A stretch of DNA of 57,887 bases, filler included, from Platydemus manokwari (GCA_037951405.1; 5 parts of 5 records of this genome joined end to end with filler, not necessarily neighbours in it), one strand, 5' to 3'. Positions 13,743 to 28,475 are shown, numbered from the whole stretch's first letter. A program made the numbers and translations. Notes: generated by a model from the letters alone, not told the origin.

Positions 13743-16700
13743 TTACATATATATCAATCCTTGTGATGCCATACCAATTACATTGTGAACATACGAAGAC
13801 AAACTAAGGTTCAACATGGAAGGTGAAATGAGAATTAACCATAAAAGAAGATATCGATAAATGTTAAGATTCGTAGGAAATTGTCCAGTGTCTTATTAGA
13901 AAAATTAAATAAAGTTAAGATTAACAAAGAAAGAAATAAAATAAGATATTCCCGAAATTATATTATACAGTGGATTTTGAAGATTGGCAAATTTCTGGAA
14001 AAATTGTGTATGATGATAGTATGATATGAATGTGTTAGTCCTCTATAATAATTGGTTATGCACATCCACAATGTTATGTATGAAGGAATTCGTATTGCGC
14101 GAACATTTTTGAAAAATTTTTAAAATCTAATAAGTAAGATGTACTTCCAAAATCGATAACTCTAGATGATAATAACAATAAAATTAAGACATACACGTAA
14201 AATTTTTAACTAATATTTTAACCAAAATTTTCAATCACTTTTCCATAACGATAAATAAAAATAGATATTTTAAACCCTAAAAATGGCATTAATAAAATAT
14301 TTAAATTTAGAAATTTAAAAAATAATAGATAGGTTATTCATAAATATTATACACAATCAAACAAGAAAAAAATTAAACATACAATTACAATATGAACGGC
14401 TGCACTAATACTGTAAATAAAATTTATCACACAAATTAATTAAATCACGGAGTCGAACGTCTGATTGAAACTAAGATTATTAAATCATATACATCAATCA
14501 AAAATAATCTACAAATCGAACAAATAACTGGTTTATAATTTGTAAATAAATGTTGTTTAGTGGGATATAACAAATATTTCATAAAATTGATCAAGCAAAA
14601 TGAATAATAGTTAATTGTATTATAAAATAAATTTTGAAAAACTACACATTCTTGTAATCACAATAGTTATTATTTTATAAAAATGATTATTGATAAATTC
14701 GAATTAGACACTCTTAAATAAAATATTTATAGCATTCAATAATTCCAGTGTGAAGCGACAGCAGCCATGAAATCAATAATATTGTAGTAAGTAAATATAT
14801 TTATAAATAAAAAAAAACCTTTTTAATAATTTATAAATTACAATTATTATTAAGTGTAATAAAATGAGATTTCAAAAGCATCATTGCAGATTTGTAAGCA
14901 TTTAGCAAATATTTGCAAAGGCATTATATAAGCTAAAATATCTGATACTAATTTTAAGCATTTATATTCAAAAAATTATTTATCACATTATCATAATTCA
15001 AACAAGATATACAAAAAATATACAAGATCAATAAACTTAGGCAATCAAAGTTTTATGAGAACTAAGAATTACATTTAATTTCATTAAATATGTTAGAAAT
15101 TTAAAATTTTCTTATCTCACCCACCATTGTTGTCTTTCTCATGTTGAAAGTTAATGATTCCTTATATAAATCGATAAAGTTTATTCTATTGTCGAAATTG
15201 TTTTTATAATACATGTATACTACAGTAAATCAATCTGGAGTTTGGTAGATAATACATATTTAAATACTTTTGCACCAATTACAGGAAATCTTGCATATTT
15301 GTCTTCAATTCAATTAATTTATTCACTCATACTTCGATTTGTACTATTTTTATTTATAATATATAACAGAAGTGATCAAACTGAATATTTTAGTCTTTAT
15401 AAGCAATTATTGAATAAGTCAACACAAAACAAACAAAATAAATTTAGCTTATCATTTAAAGTGTATATCTCTTGTAAATTGTATAAAATAATATAATATA
15501 TAATCCACTTTTCATTAAGAATATATAAAAAATATAGTTCAGAAATTACTTAAGCATTTATAGGGTTTTGTTAATCGTTAAAAATGCAATACTCACAGTT
15601 TACCAATTTACTTAACATGATTCTCGATTGATAATCACAACCATATAAATAAATAAAAAGCATAACTCACCCGATAATGTTAATCATTACAAACCTAAAT
15701 ATATGCGCAAATTTGAAATCAAATAGTACAAGTATTTGTTTAAACAAAATTAATATAAATATAATTTTTGGAGAGTGGCAATTTCAAACTAACTCAAATT
15801 TTTAGAATAAATTTAATTTTCTATTCGAAAATTTTAAAATTTAATTTTTTCATACATTTTTTAAATTTTTCAAAAAATGAAAAATGATTTCTGATGCATT
15901 TATGAACAAATATATTCAAAAATAGGCTAACGTTAGGGAAAGGGATTCTAAAATAAATTTTTTGACTTCAATTAAGAAAAGGGTCCTTTGACTCAATTTC
16001 AATGTAATAAATGTTCGTGGGTTATTTGGTATTAAAATTTATTTGTAATCATATTTTAATGAAAATTTTTCATAATATTCAATTCTAGATTAAAAAAGAA
16101 AAAACAACTAACAATCCCTATATATTATGGATCATGGTTACACAAACTTACAATTAAGTAAAAGTATTTATATTTAACTTATATTTATTTATTATAGAGT
16201 CGATGCGCTTCGGTTGCAGACTAAAAATAATAGGCAATTTTATCTTACTATCTCTCTAGTCTTTAAACAACTCAAATAAAATGTCTTCAATGTTTGTTAT
16301 TTTATTTGGACCTTTCATAATAGGCCCCATCAATTTTTTACGACAATATTTCGGCTTGCAATTACTTTTCTATGTCAAACTATTTATTCATAGGCGTGGG
16401 ATAGATTAATTTTGTGCCTTAATAAATAATTTGAAATTATTAGTTTTATTTTAATAAAATATGTCACTATTTGCTGATCATTGGTTTGCTTAACGAGGCC
16501 ATTTTGCTAATAAACTTTTATGTGAGGCCAGTGCACCACAAATATCTTGTCCAGAATATCGAAGAAATAAGGTCGAATTGTTGAACCAGTCTTGAACCAA
16601 CTTATTTTGAGATAGAGCACAACTACCTAGTTCTAGGCATCTCTCACGGATTTCAAAGTCACTTTTTTTATAAAAATAACTCCAAAAATCTTATATATTG

Positions 16701-16859
16701 TTTTATTTATTTCTAATGTTAAAAAAGGGTTCTTGCTAATTTTCAATTAATTGCATTTTGACCTACTTTGACCCGTTTTTCAAATAATTAATTTTCTAAG
16801 AATATTCTTAAATATAATAAGATTACTTGAAATAAAAGTGGGGAAATTCACATTAAGTA

Positions 16860-16934
16860 TTAGGTGTATAACCTTAAAATTTCGGTTTTTTTTGAAAAAT
16901 ATTTATTTATTTAAAGTACATTTTGCATAGTAAC
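16860..16934 (+). mobile_element. Tc1/mariner-like transposon end running into an assembly gap
   Basis: TA|TTAGGTGTATAACC terminus. 16858-16931 is the exact reverse complement of 47715-47788. Confidence 0.7.
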
Positions 16935-17034
16935 NNNNNNNNNNNNNNNNNNNNNNNNNNNNNNNNNNNNNNNNNNNNTTAATTAATTAANNNNNNNNNN
17001 NNNNNNNNNNNNNNNNNNNNNNNNNNNNNNNNNN
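16935..17034. other. Assembly gap (44 N + TTAATTAATTAA + 44 N)
   Basis: The same 100-nt structure occurs at all four gaps. The spacer places stop codons in all six frames. Confidence 0.97.
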
Positions 17035-18496
17035 ATGTCCAATAATTGGATCAAGCAAGAGTACTGAACATATTGACAATACATTGATTTTTCAAGTTTG
17101 TACTATATGGTTTCTGGAAATATTATAATTGCTTCATTTCTGTTTACTAGATGTGCTTACAGTGATTATCAATCCATTTTAACAAAAAAACTGACATATC
17201 ATAATCAAGTTACCACTTAAATTAATACAGATGATGGAAAATGAAATAAAATGTTTTTATCTATACTTTACTGATCAATTTTTGAGTATTTCTAAAAGTA
17301 ACATTTGTAATATTATCTATTAGAAAAGGTAAAATGACAATAATGGGTTTAAGCATTTAATTGTGAATCAAAAAATTATATATTTTTAACATTAGGTTAA
17401 TCTAGAAATGAAGACTAAATAGAGCAGTTTTTGAAATATAAACTCTATAGTTCAAAGTTGAATTTTTTGTTGGTTATACTGGATGAATCTTTAAAAACCC
17501 GGTGGAAGGCTACGAATATCTCCTTGACGGATAAATAAATACAGAATGAAGGACGATTAATGTAATTTGTTTATAAAGCAATGTTTAGATTCAACAATAT
17601 TTATTTATCTTTTATAACTATAAATCTAGACGTTTTACTCAACTAACTACAAAACATGATTAGTTAAAATCTGAATTTCTTTTATTAAGCATTTTTACTC
17701 ATGAGGTTTGTGTAGAAAAATCTCTTTTAAAAATAGATACAAGGAATAAATAGATAATTTGGAAATAATAAAATCAAAGATTTTTAAGAAAAGTGGTGCA
17801 AGATCGTAAAATTTTAATAGCGAATGTCAATAACAAAAATACAAATCGATATTAGAAACTATAGATGATTAATTGTTAAAATATCTGAGATTAATTATAT
17901 AATGAAATATTATCTTAGTTATTTAAGTGCATATTGATCGATTCCAGGATTTTTTTCATGGAGATGCCTGAACAGAAAAATAAAAAAATAAAAATATTCA
18001 ATAATGAATAATATTTACGTTTTTATATATTTGGCTATGTTATTAAGTCATTCATGCATACAATTTGTGATTTATCATACTCATATGCCTGAGCACCTTT
18101 GTTATCATTTGATTTTTTACAACGATCAACAATATTTGTGTCTAATGTTAGTTTGTCTCTTAAAGTGTTTAAATCATTTATATATAAACTATAGATATAA
18201 GGTAAGTACACTTTGATCTTGTCAATGATTTCTGTAAAGATCATTAGTATCACTATTATATATTATATTGATATTCGTATTATATGTTGCAGTTGTATAA
18301 ACTTTAATAGTATTATGAAAGAAAATAAAACTCGTCGATTCGAAGTTCAATACTTCAAAGTGCAATCTAATTTATTTTTTAATATTTTGATATCATGCAA
18401 ACATCAAGCTTAAACAAAATTGATGGACAATCATTAAATGTGTGTCTTTGCTAGTAATGACACAATCACACTTGTTAAAAATTACAGCATAGCTAT

Positions 18497-18530
18497 TATA
18501 AATTCTGCGTTATTATTATTATTATTCATT
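18497..18530 (+). promoter_or_regulatory. Putative GST core promoter (TATA box + initiator)
   Basis: TATAAA at 18497-18502 and TCATT at 18526-18530, upstream of ATG 18551. The AT-rich background lowers specificity. Confidence 0.45.
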
Positions 18531-18550
18531 AAAGTATAATAAATTAAGTA

Positions 18551-19314
18551 ATGCCTAACAAAATAAAAGTAATTTATATAATTATAAATGATTATATTTC
18601 TCATATTATTAGCTTACATATTTCAATCTCAAAGCCAAAGCAGAATTGATTCGTTTTATTCTCATTGCAAGTGATGTGGATTTTGAAGATATTCGAATAG
18701 AATTTGGTGATTGGCCAAAAGTCAAACCTACTATTCCATCTGGTCAAGTACCAATACTTGAGCTCTCTGATGGATCTGTATTGAATGAGAGTCTGGCTAT
18801 TGCTCGATATCTTGCAAAGAAATACAATTTAGCTGGATCAAACGAAATGGAGATTTACAAATCTGATAGAGTCGTTTGTACAGTAAGTGTATTTGATTCT
18901 TATTATGGGAGTTTATCAATGAAATCGTTTAGTTAAACGATTTATTAGATCTACTTATTGATATATTTCATGAAAATGACAATGTGAAGAAAGAAAAATT
19001 GAAAAAAGATTTAAATGAAGTTCATTTACCAATTTTTCTTAAGGTATATCATTGATTTGATTTAATATTTCTCATCACAGGATTCTTAATTTTTAATAAT
19101 GTAGAGATTGACAAATTATTTCGATAACAATCAAGGTGACTTTTTTCTTGGTCAACGTGTTTCATATGCAGATCTACATTTGGTGAATATACTCGATCAT
19201 TTCGAATCTGGCTACGAAGCCTACCCGAAAATCGTGAAATGTCGTGAAAAAGTACTGGCGAAATTTCCTAAACTAGCTCGACATAGATCCACTCGCCCGA
19301 TTTCTGTCGTTTGA
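18551..19314 (+). CDS. gst: Sigma-class glutathione S-transferase, 4 exons (18551-18568, 18613-18882, 18933-19043, 19105-19314), 202 aa
   Basis: Three phase-0 GT-AG introns (44, 50, 61 nt) give MPNKIK-LTYFNLKAKAELIRFIL...FEDIRI...WPKVKPTIPSGQVPILE...ESLAIARYLAKKYNLAG...DFFLGQRVSYADL...RPISVV*. Catalytic Tyr, GQVP and ESxAI motifs are present. AATAAA at 19417. Confidence 0.95.
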
Positions 19315-21017
19315 AAAAAGAACAGATCTTTATATTAAGAATTGTTTAAACCTGCTTGCGCATTATAATTAATTTTAAATATAAAATATAAATCTGTGTT
19401 TGACATTATAAATGATAATAAATCTTTATTATTAATTAATAATAATTATTTTGTCAATATAATACACATTTTAACAAAAAAATAAAAAAATCTTACAATA
19501 ATTTAAAGAAAAATTCTTCATTTGGATTTTCTAAAATATTGAATCACCAATAAATGTTTATTTTTCCCTTAAATCGGAAGATATTGTTTTCTGTTCTCCA
19601 CTCAGTCACAAATTAAGTACTGGCACGAGGTATATTTTATGGTTTTTCCAATTTTTGTGTTGAGTTTTATTGAAAAATGTTGGTCATGGTTTGTAGATCT
19701 GGGAAAACAATTTTCATGTTAATGATGATATTGTCAGACATCTAGTAAGGGTGAATATTCTACATTTTAATTATCAAATGAACACCCTTCGCATTTCGAA
19801 TTACGCCAAATGTTTAAAATCGATTAACATTTCTCAGTGGAGTCAGCACCCAAAGGATAAAACAGTGATAGAAATAACGACAATAACAGATTACTCATTA
19901 GAATGATCACACGAAGAATTAGTACAGACACAAAGTTACGACCATAAAGGCTCACAATATTCTACTTGTATTTATAGGCTTTTCCTTCATGTTTACCAAC
20001 TGCCTTGTACCTTTGGCTTTTTATTTCTCTGGAACCGTCAACATATCCGATTATTATTAGATTTTCTTCTAACTTTCATGCCATTGGCATATCTTGATGA
20101 TTGAATCCTATTTATGAATTGATACTTTTGGCTTTTAACATGTGGGCTCATCGAGTCAAACCTTTTGATGGTTTTTCCGAGATCCTGTGAGATTTTGTTG
20201 CACATCCAACAATATTGTAGCTAGATGAGAGTCAGTCTCGGAGGAAACTTGTTGAATCGTATTGTCGACTGGTTTTCTTCAATTATGTTTTCAGGCTCGT
20301 CATTAATTTCGAGATTTTTGTTGTTATTATTTTTAGAGCATAATATAATCGAAGATAAATGTTTTTGTAATCGATTGATAATGATGGATTTTTACAAAGA
20401 TCACCTGGGTTATTTTTGATTGAATTTCGCTTTGCACTTTTTCTAGGGCGACTAAACTGGTATGAATTAGCGAAATTGCTTTAGAAACATATATTGTTTT
20501 TCGATCAACCCAGCCAATTGAATTTCACGATAGTTATTAAAGGGATATTCAAGATTTAAAGATACGAAATTCGTTTTTAAATTAAAAGAGCTGACACTAA
20601 GTGATATAAATTCTTTGTAATCTCATATGAAACATGAAAACCAAATTTAAATTTTAGATTTTCATCTCAAATAAGTGTATTTAAATATACTATTTTAAGA
20701 GTCATTTGAGATTGTATTGGATAATATTATTTAATCTTTAAAGCTATCAACAAATCTGAGACATGTTTCGGGTTGAAATTATACAACACCACTATTAACA
20801 TCAATGAGCTAATATAAATTATTATGGTTGCGATATCTACAAATTCGAACAACAGTGATTGATGATCAGCGACATCTTTAGATTAAATAATCCATATCAT
20901 CAATGATCGACACACTGGTGATTCAATCAAATGATAAATATAAACAATAACGCATTCTAGTTTTTGAGTTAATAGATCAACAAATATTTTAAAAATATTT
21001 TAATTTGATATATCTGA

Positions 21018-21156
21018 TGATAATTTGATATTTTATTAATGAGGACAAAGTGATAATTTGATATTTTATAAATGAGGATAAAGTGATAATTTGATATTTT
21101 ATAAATGAGGACAAAGTGATAATTTGATATTTTATAAATGAGGACAAAGTGATAAT
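21018..21156. repeat. 33-bp minisatellite, ~4.2 copies (TGATAATTTGATATTTTATAAATGAGGACAAAG)
   Basis: Units start at 21018, 21051, 21084, 21117 and 21150 (partial). They are near identical and have no spacers. Confidence 0.95.
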
Positions 21157-24100
21157 GTGTTGAAAGTCTTTATTGATAGTGAAATTCATCGAATTTCATA
21201 TAGATAGAAATCACTCATTGTTGTAAAGCATCTTTAAAAATAAAATTATTTCTTTATATTCTTTGTTATTTTTGTCTCTATTTTTGACACTTTGTGATAT
21301 ATTTGCTTTATTGGTTTCTTGACAATCGCCGAAGTTCTAAAGACCTACATGCAGATATGGTTTTGATATTTATTCACCTCGATCGCTCTATTGGTAGCAC
21401 GAAAACGTGATGAATGACGTTGGACAATGTGATAATTTATTCCAACTAATCTGTGATTTGTTAAATATTTCCAAACTTCTATTAAGGTGATGATATTTAA
21501 TGTCTTTATTGCTTTGACGATAAATTTATCGGTCTTTTTTAACACCGAATACTGATAAAACTACAATTATTTTTGAAACTGTGAGGATTTAAAATTTTTA
21601 ATTTAATACATTAATATAAAAAAATATTAATTTTTTTTAATAATTATTCGTAAATAGATAATGGGGGTTGCATAGATGGAATACTTTTAATTTAAAAATG
21701 TTTAATAGATTAATATCGAAAGATATTAGTTTGTTTAAATAATTAAATAGATAATATGATGTCGTGACTTTTCAATTCCTTTTTAATGCGTGCTTTATAA
21801 AATATTAATGACTAAAAAAATTACTAAAATAATGTAGGATATTGGTTCAATTCCTGGAAGTCGTTGGTTGATAAACTCAGCAAGGGTTTGAAACCATTAA
21901 TCAATGAGAAGATAAACTCAGTTAATAGTGAAAATATACATGATAGATATTGATATGAATTTACAGTATTTGTATGCACATTACTATCAACTATAAAAGC
22001 TAATTGCAAGCCTTCAGTAAGATACTGGGCATACGTGTTGAAATGGCTGCTGTACGACATTTTCTTCTTAATAAGAATAAACAAGGGTTACATAAGTTGT
22101 ATTTCTATTGTAAATGATTAGGCGAGTTAAATGGGCTTAATGTTTAATATTTTCGAATTGTTTGACATTTCATTTATTTCTTTTTGTTTTAAATGGCATG
22201 ATTTTAATATTAAAGGTTCTTCTTTATTCCATTTATATTTATTTTAAGGAGTTGTATTATTATATTTTGCATTCATAGTCATCATGCAGGATTTAAGGCA
22301 ATCAATTTATTATATTTTTTAACGAATCGTAATATTTAAATCGTGCTGATTACATGCTTCGTACAAATTTTATCAACCTTACATATATAATAACCGATAT
22401 ACAATAAAAAGTACAAGTTTATAATTAAAATTAGATCAATATCAAAAAATATAATGAAACACTTGCATCACAGAAAAATTGTCATTAACAATGTTAAACG
22501 CATGAACCTCCAACATTACATAAAAAAATATTTTATTAATGCTGCTTTTAACAGCTCAGAAATACTTTAGAATTAGCATTGAAATTGTAGCCTATTTGAT
22601 TACGAAATCTTTAACCCGAAGTCTTGCAGAATCTATCTACTTAATCAAAAACTACACAATTAATTTACTGAACTTCAGTTATTGGATAATTTAAATAAAA
22701 AAAACAAAGAAGAAAAATTTTTTAATCTTTTTATAAAAACGATTATTAATGTCATTTTACTTTATCATTTCTAAAATATCTGGTCTTTTTCGAATCAATA
22801 AATTGTTTACAAGTCATATGAAAATGGCAGCACATAACTGAACTTGAGAATCGAAATTATTTTTCTAGTCGCATTCGGCATTGATTAAATAAATCGCTAC
22901 TGGAATTATTTAATTTATGATATTCACACAGCATCGCGTTAACTCTAATGGCTAATTTAAGAATTGCATATACAATATGAAAAGCAAAAATAAGTTTAGC
23001 TTGTAAAAGTACAATAGATTGTCATTGTATATTTGTTTAAAGCACTCAGCAAGTATGAACAGATAAAATAATTAATTAGTGACTTAAATGACATCATTGA
23101 AAATAGTAAACAAATAAAATAACAATGAGGTGACGATAAAATTTGTTAAGAAAATTTTGATTGTCATTGGTGACTTCGAATAACATAAATGTGCTATATA
23201 TGATCAAAAACTTTCCAGTTTGAAATATTATCGCTATATTTTGTATAAGACATCATTTGAAATTTATTACAGCTCAATGGCCAAGCTTTTAACCGATTGG
23301 TGTGATAATCAACATACTGACAAATTTATCGACGAATTCATTTTTTCCACATTTTCACCCACTTCATGACAACGAAATATCTGTTGGGAACCACAAATAT
23401 TTCAAAATCATAATTAAATAATAAAATATTATAAATTTTAATTATAATTAATATCAGATTGAAATAAAATTTCTGGTATCAATAAATCAAATAAAATCTG
23501 CAATTAAAAATGTGAGAATTGTGGCATTAATTGCGGTTTTTTCTTAATGAATTATCCATTTTCAGAACATGTTAATGAATATTCTCGATGGTGTTGAAAA
23601 TAAACTTTTAAAAACATAATTAAAAAATTTTAAATAGATATTTTTCAGATAAATTATCAAAGCAAATCAATAATATTTTACTTAAATCATTTTACTTTAA
23701 TTTTACTTAGAACATTCTAAAGATTTTGTTTAAATAAATCAATTCGTGGGTGATAATTACAATAGTTCATTCTTTGTAATATGATAACAGATTGCATGAC
23801 AGATAATTCTTAAGATTAACTTTGTATTCATCTTCTACCTGTTAATTGATTGTTGTTGTTGGCAATGTTTTGCTATTATTTTTGTTAAATTATATAAGGT
23901 TCATTGTTCTAGTTTTGAGTATTTATAACTCTAACAACATAACGAACGAATTTAAAATGAAAAATGTCGAATTTACAGACATTCTTCACTGATAAAGTGA
24001 GATTACTATATCTATATATACCAATTCCTTTTCAAATTAATCAACAATAAATTAACCAGGTAAATTGGATAGAAAAATAATCGATTCAGCTTGGCACTTT

Positions 24101-25249
24101 TTATTCACATATCGTTATTATTGATGGAATATGACGGTTGTGGTAATTTATTAGATGATATATGGTTAGCTAATTTCACTAATATCTGACTTCACATAGT
24201 GCTGAAGCGTAGGTTGCGTGAATTTATTCGATTTAGAGATAATTTTGTTTGAATAGATATGACGAAGAATCAGAATTATTAAATATACGAGAAGGCTATT
24301 AACTTTTTATGATTGCAATCGATTTTATAGTGAAACGTTGTCATGCCCTGAAAATGATGAAAAACCAATGTTGAAAACTATTGCACCAAACTCTGGTAAA
24401 AATAAGCCAGCGGAGAGGTAATGTCGAAAGAGGTCGAATGTTATTCGAAAACTTTGACATATTTAATTACACATTTTCTTTCGGGCACTGTTAATATATC
24501 AATATAATTAAATAAGAAATTACTCCTGTCTGGAATTTTTGGATGTGTTTCTTCTAAATTTGTTTGGCAAAAATGTGTGTGATACTCCTTATTTCATGCA
24601 GCCTTTTGTACTAATTTTTTTGTTTATGTTTGTTAAGATTTGGGGTCCTATGGTTTATTTTGATTTATTGTTATCATTTTTATATTGATCGCTATCAATA
24701 GAGTCCGTTTAACCATCGGGTAGTATTAGACCTTAGTTATATGTTCTTCTTTCGCCTCGACGTTCTCAACTTATATGGAGATAAGTACTGCAGCGTAGAT
24801 AACGATTTTATTAGTTAAAACCATATTCCTGCTTCTTTTATTGTCTCAATGATGTTATTTATTTTACTATCAGTCTCTATTGATTTAATAATGCACCAGA
24901 ACAACATTAATTGTAAATTTAATGATTGCGGTCACTGCCTTATATAGGTAGCGGTGAGTGATTTGCAGATATTCTCTGCAATTAAACTCATGGCATTTTA
25001 TTTTATTTTATGCATGGATATTATTTTATGTTAGCTGGATATTTTATTCGTTGTGCGGGATAGCTTATTCCGCTTGATTATTTCATCGATAAATTCACTA
25101 TGTATTGTTTTACTGAGTGAATTTATTATATGGTAATTTTAAAGAGTTTAATTTGTCTATATTAATACCGGGTTTTTGATAAATATGGGGATTATTTTTT
25201 GGGTTCTAATTTACATTATATTTTATTATATTATACTTTATTTCTATTG

Positions 25250-26665
25250 GTTACGAAGCTCTGGGTCATACGGGTAGTGCAGAAGGCATAGAAACTAATA
25301 ACGACAAAGTAAAGAAGATTAAGAAAGAAATTAAACCCGGTTGCATCACTCAGTTGAGGTTGCTCTATTATTATGTAATTATTACAGACGATCAAAGATT
25401 AAGCATTAGTTACGGTCCGTTATATGTGACAATGACCGGAAGTGACAAGAAATTAACGTGGACTACAGAGTGTGAAGAAAGTTGTGTGACGAAATAAGGA
25501 AGATTCAACAAGAAGATACTGTCGCTGGTTGGATTCATAAATGGTTAGAGAAAATGGAAACAGGAGTTCATTCAGCGGTCAAAAAAGCAAATATTTTAAT
25601 ATTTTAGAGAAGTATGAATTTTTCGAAGATATGGTAGTGTACAATGGGAATGAAAAGAAATAGATTATTGTGCCAGAGGTTCAATCGCAGAAACTGACGA
25701 ATACCTCCATGAGAAATTGTGTCATATCGGCACTAAGAAATTGGTCGATTATATTCAAAAGATTTATTTCTGATCAAATATATCACGAAGCATTGCACAG
25801 GAAGTACGGAATTGTGATATTTTTGCTAAACAAAGAATATATACTGGACGGACTAAAGAAGTTTTGATTACAAGGAAAAAGTTTGGTCCCCTGGAACAGA
25901 TAGTTGTTGACGTTGCGCACTTTAGGGAATTTATGAGTAAAAATAAATATCTCCTTTTTATTGTAGATAGATTCAGTAAGTTAGTAAGCTTAGTGCCTCT
26001 TATTCGATGATACGAGATAAGCATTTTCAAGCCCATCATCAATAATTATGTATATAGGTATGGTGCTCCAAAATCAATGCTCACTGATTGCGTAAGAGTC
26101 TTTCAGGGAAGGGAAATGAAAGAATTAGCGATAAATTTTGCTATAAAGCTAGAATTAACTTACCCATACCAACATCAGGCAAATAACTTAGCCGCAAGGA
26201 TGATTAGGACGATCCGAGACATGGTGGTAACATCGTTAGCATCAGATAAACTGGCTTGGGATAAATTAATACCTTGAATAGAATTTATCATAAATGTAAC
26301 ATATCAGGGCTCAATTCAACATTCTACATTTGAAATATTGTTTAGACGAGGAATTAATATGCATGGGTTAGAATTAATCAAACCAAGTCACCACGACTAG
26401 ATCATCAAAGAAACGGAAAACTAGCTGAAATCAGTAATCATTAGCTTAAGAAAATTCAATGCTAAAAAGAAGTTGTAGAATTTTTGAGGTTGGAGAAGAA
26501 GTTTTAGTGAAGATTAAGAAGAACGGAGATCGTTATGAAGGTTCTCACAGAATTTTGAAATTTTTAAGGCCACATCAAGTGCTTCTTAATTTCCAGGTAC
26601 AGACACAAACTCGAAGAATTACATGGTTAAAACGAATCTCAAAAACAAAGGGAGAGGGAAGTTAG
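25250..26665 (+). mobile_element. Degenerate Ty3/Gypsy pol (RT end and integrase) with PPT
   Basis: LGHTGSAEGIETNNDKV; integrase HEKLCHIGTKK (25708), FGPLEQIVVDVAH, LLFIVDRFSKLV, YGAPKSMLTD, PYQHQANNLAARMIRT; PPT AAAGGGAGAGGGAAG at ~26647-26661. Many stops and frameshifts. Confidence 0.9.
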
Positions 26666-27474
26666 ATAAATCTTAGATTTGTTTAAATATTCAAGAAAAG
26701 TGTGGTTTTTAAATATAAATTTTGATGGAAACAAGCGATGTTTTTACAGTAGTAATGAAATAAAGGCAAATAACTTTGGAAGAGCAGAAGTATATAACAA
26801 TAAGGAAGAGGAAGAAATATTTAACAATGAAGAACATATACAACAGGAACCCATATTCTCCCAGAATATCAGCCACAGTATAGTTATGGATACATACCAC
26901 AGGTACCTTATGATAACTACGGAAATACGATAAGAGAAGAAACATGTTATCAACATCAATAGCACTTCAAGCGAAAAATGAACCCATAAATCAACGGACC
27001 ACATATAATTATGGCAGTAATGGAGAAATAATAGAACAAGAAGAACAAATACAAAACATAGAGGAACAAGAAGAAAAAAGATGATACGTCCAGGAAAAAA
27101 ATGAGACAGAAAAAGAAATAGAAGGGAAAAACTAGAAGAAACAACTACTAGAAAAACTAGAGGAAGGCCACCAGGATTTAAAAATCAAATTAAAGATTAA
27201 ATCATAAGAGATGATCCCATAATACTTGAAAGACGTACCACCAAAAAATTCTGATATGGAAGAAAAATCAAAATGGAGAATCAAATATTAAACAGAAGTA
27301 CTTTCTGACGAAATCTGCGCCGTAGAGAAAAATCAAATTCATATGCAGGCAATAAAAATATTGGGTCTATAACTTAAAAACCGGAATTTTTTTAGATCAA
27401 TTGGGTGTTTATTAAAGAAAATCTTGTACAATTCTGTTATCCAAAGTAATGTCCATCGGAAGTTACAACATTTC

Positions 27475-27574
27475 NNNNNNNNNNNNNNNNNNNNNNNNNN
27501 NNNNNNNNNNNNNNNNNNTTAATTAATTAANNNNNNNNNNNNNNNNNNNNNNNNNNNNNNNNNNNNNNNNNNNN
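27475..27574. other. Assembly gap with TTAATTAATTAA spacer
   Basis: Direct reading. Confidence 0.97.
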
Positions 27575-28475
27575 AATTTCATTGTTATTTGCTGTTTATT
27601 ACGGTCTTGTTATTGAACTGTTTGTATCTTCTTTATCCCTTATCGTATATAATCTATATTCTCATTGTTGATTAAATTATGAGTAATCTATTTCAACATA
27701 TTTTGCTGTTTGTAATTATTCTCTTTTTGATTAATTCTTTTTCTAGTAATCTCTTCATTTCTCTTTGTTATTTTCTTTTATGTTCCTGAGATTATTCTTT
27801 TGATTTCTTTAACATGTCTTCTCAAATTTTTTCTTGCCACTTTTTCTTTATGTTTTGACTTATACACCATTGTTCTTCATTTCATCTTTTTAATTTCGCT
27901 CAATAACTTGTAACAACTGTGTTTTGTCTTTCATATCGTACTTTTTTTCAGTTTACACGAAGTGTCCAGTTCTTTGCATTGAATGATTTACTCTGCACGT
28001 TGTTACTATTCTTCTTGCTTCCTGTATTAATTTTTATTTTCTGTTAACACTATCAAATCTTTCATTACAGGTTCTACCCTCTTTTAAACTGATCCAAAAC
28101 TAATTGATCTCTTCCTTCAAGTGACAAATTTAAGATCAAAGGCCTTTATAGCCAATTGCCTTAATACCATAGCATATTCTTCTACATTTCACCCTGACAT
28201 TTATATATCGATCTTAAACTGCTTTACATAATACTCCATGGACATTTCTTTTACTAACAACCCATAGCCCTTTATATCATTGGATTTTAGATCTGTACAA
28301 TTTGCAGGGTATAATCTTTAAGGTAGAGTAACAGACGTTTATTTTCTCTTCCTCGGTCCAGCAATGTATGTTCCGTTATCCCATCGAACTCATTAAAGAA
28401 ATCATCGAAACGGGTTTATGTGAACATATATATTCTTATTATATTCGAAGTTCATACTTAATGTTGGTACCATCT
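27575..28475 (-). mobile_element. Degenerate Gypsy gag region with PBS-like start
   Basis: Minus strand: TGGTACCA PBS-like motif near 28473, then fragments VEEYAMVLRQLAIKAF and EGRDQLVLDQFKRG, typical of Gypsy gag. Confidence 0.6.

Noticed and set aside
16979-16990. Recurring TTAATTAATTAA palindrome as a biological motif
   Set aside because: It is always centred in a 100-nt N block, so it is an assembly spacer.
17923-18045. Minus-strand IAKYIKT/HLHEKNPG resembling dynein light chain
   Set aside because: An in-frame stop lies immediately upstream and there is no WHCIVG-type motif.
21018-21156. CRISPR-like array, or a repeat protein from ORF 20989-21189
   Set aside because: Units are contiguous with no unique spacers, there are no cas genes, and the context is eukaryotic. 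The ORF follows simply from the 33-bp period.
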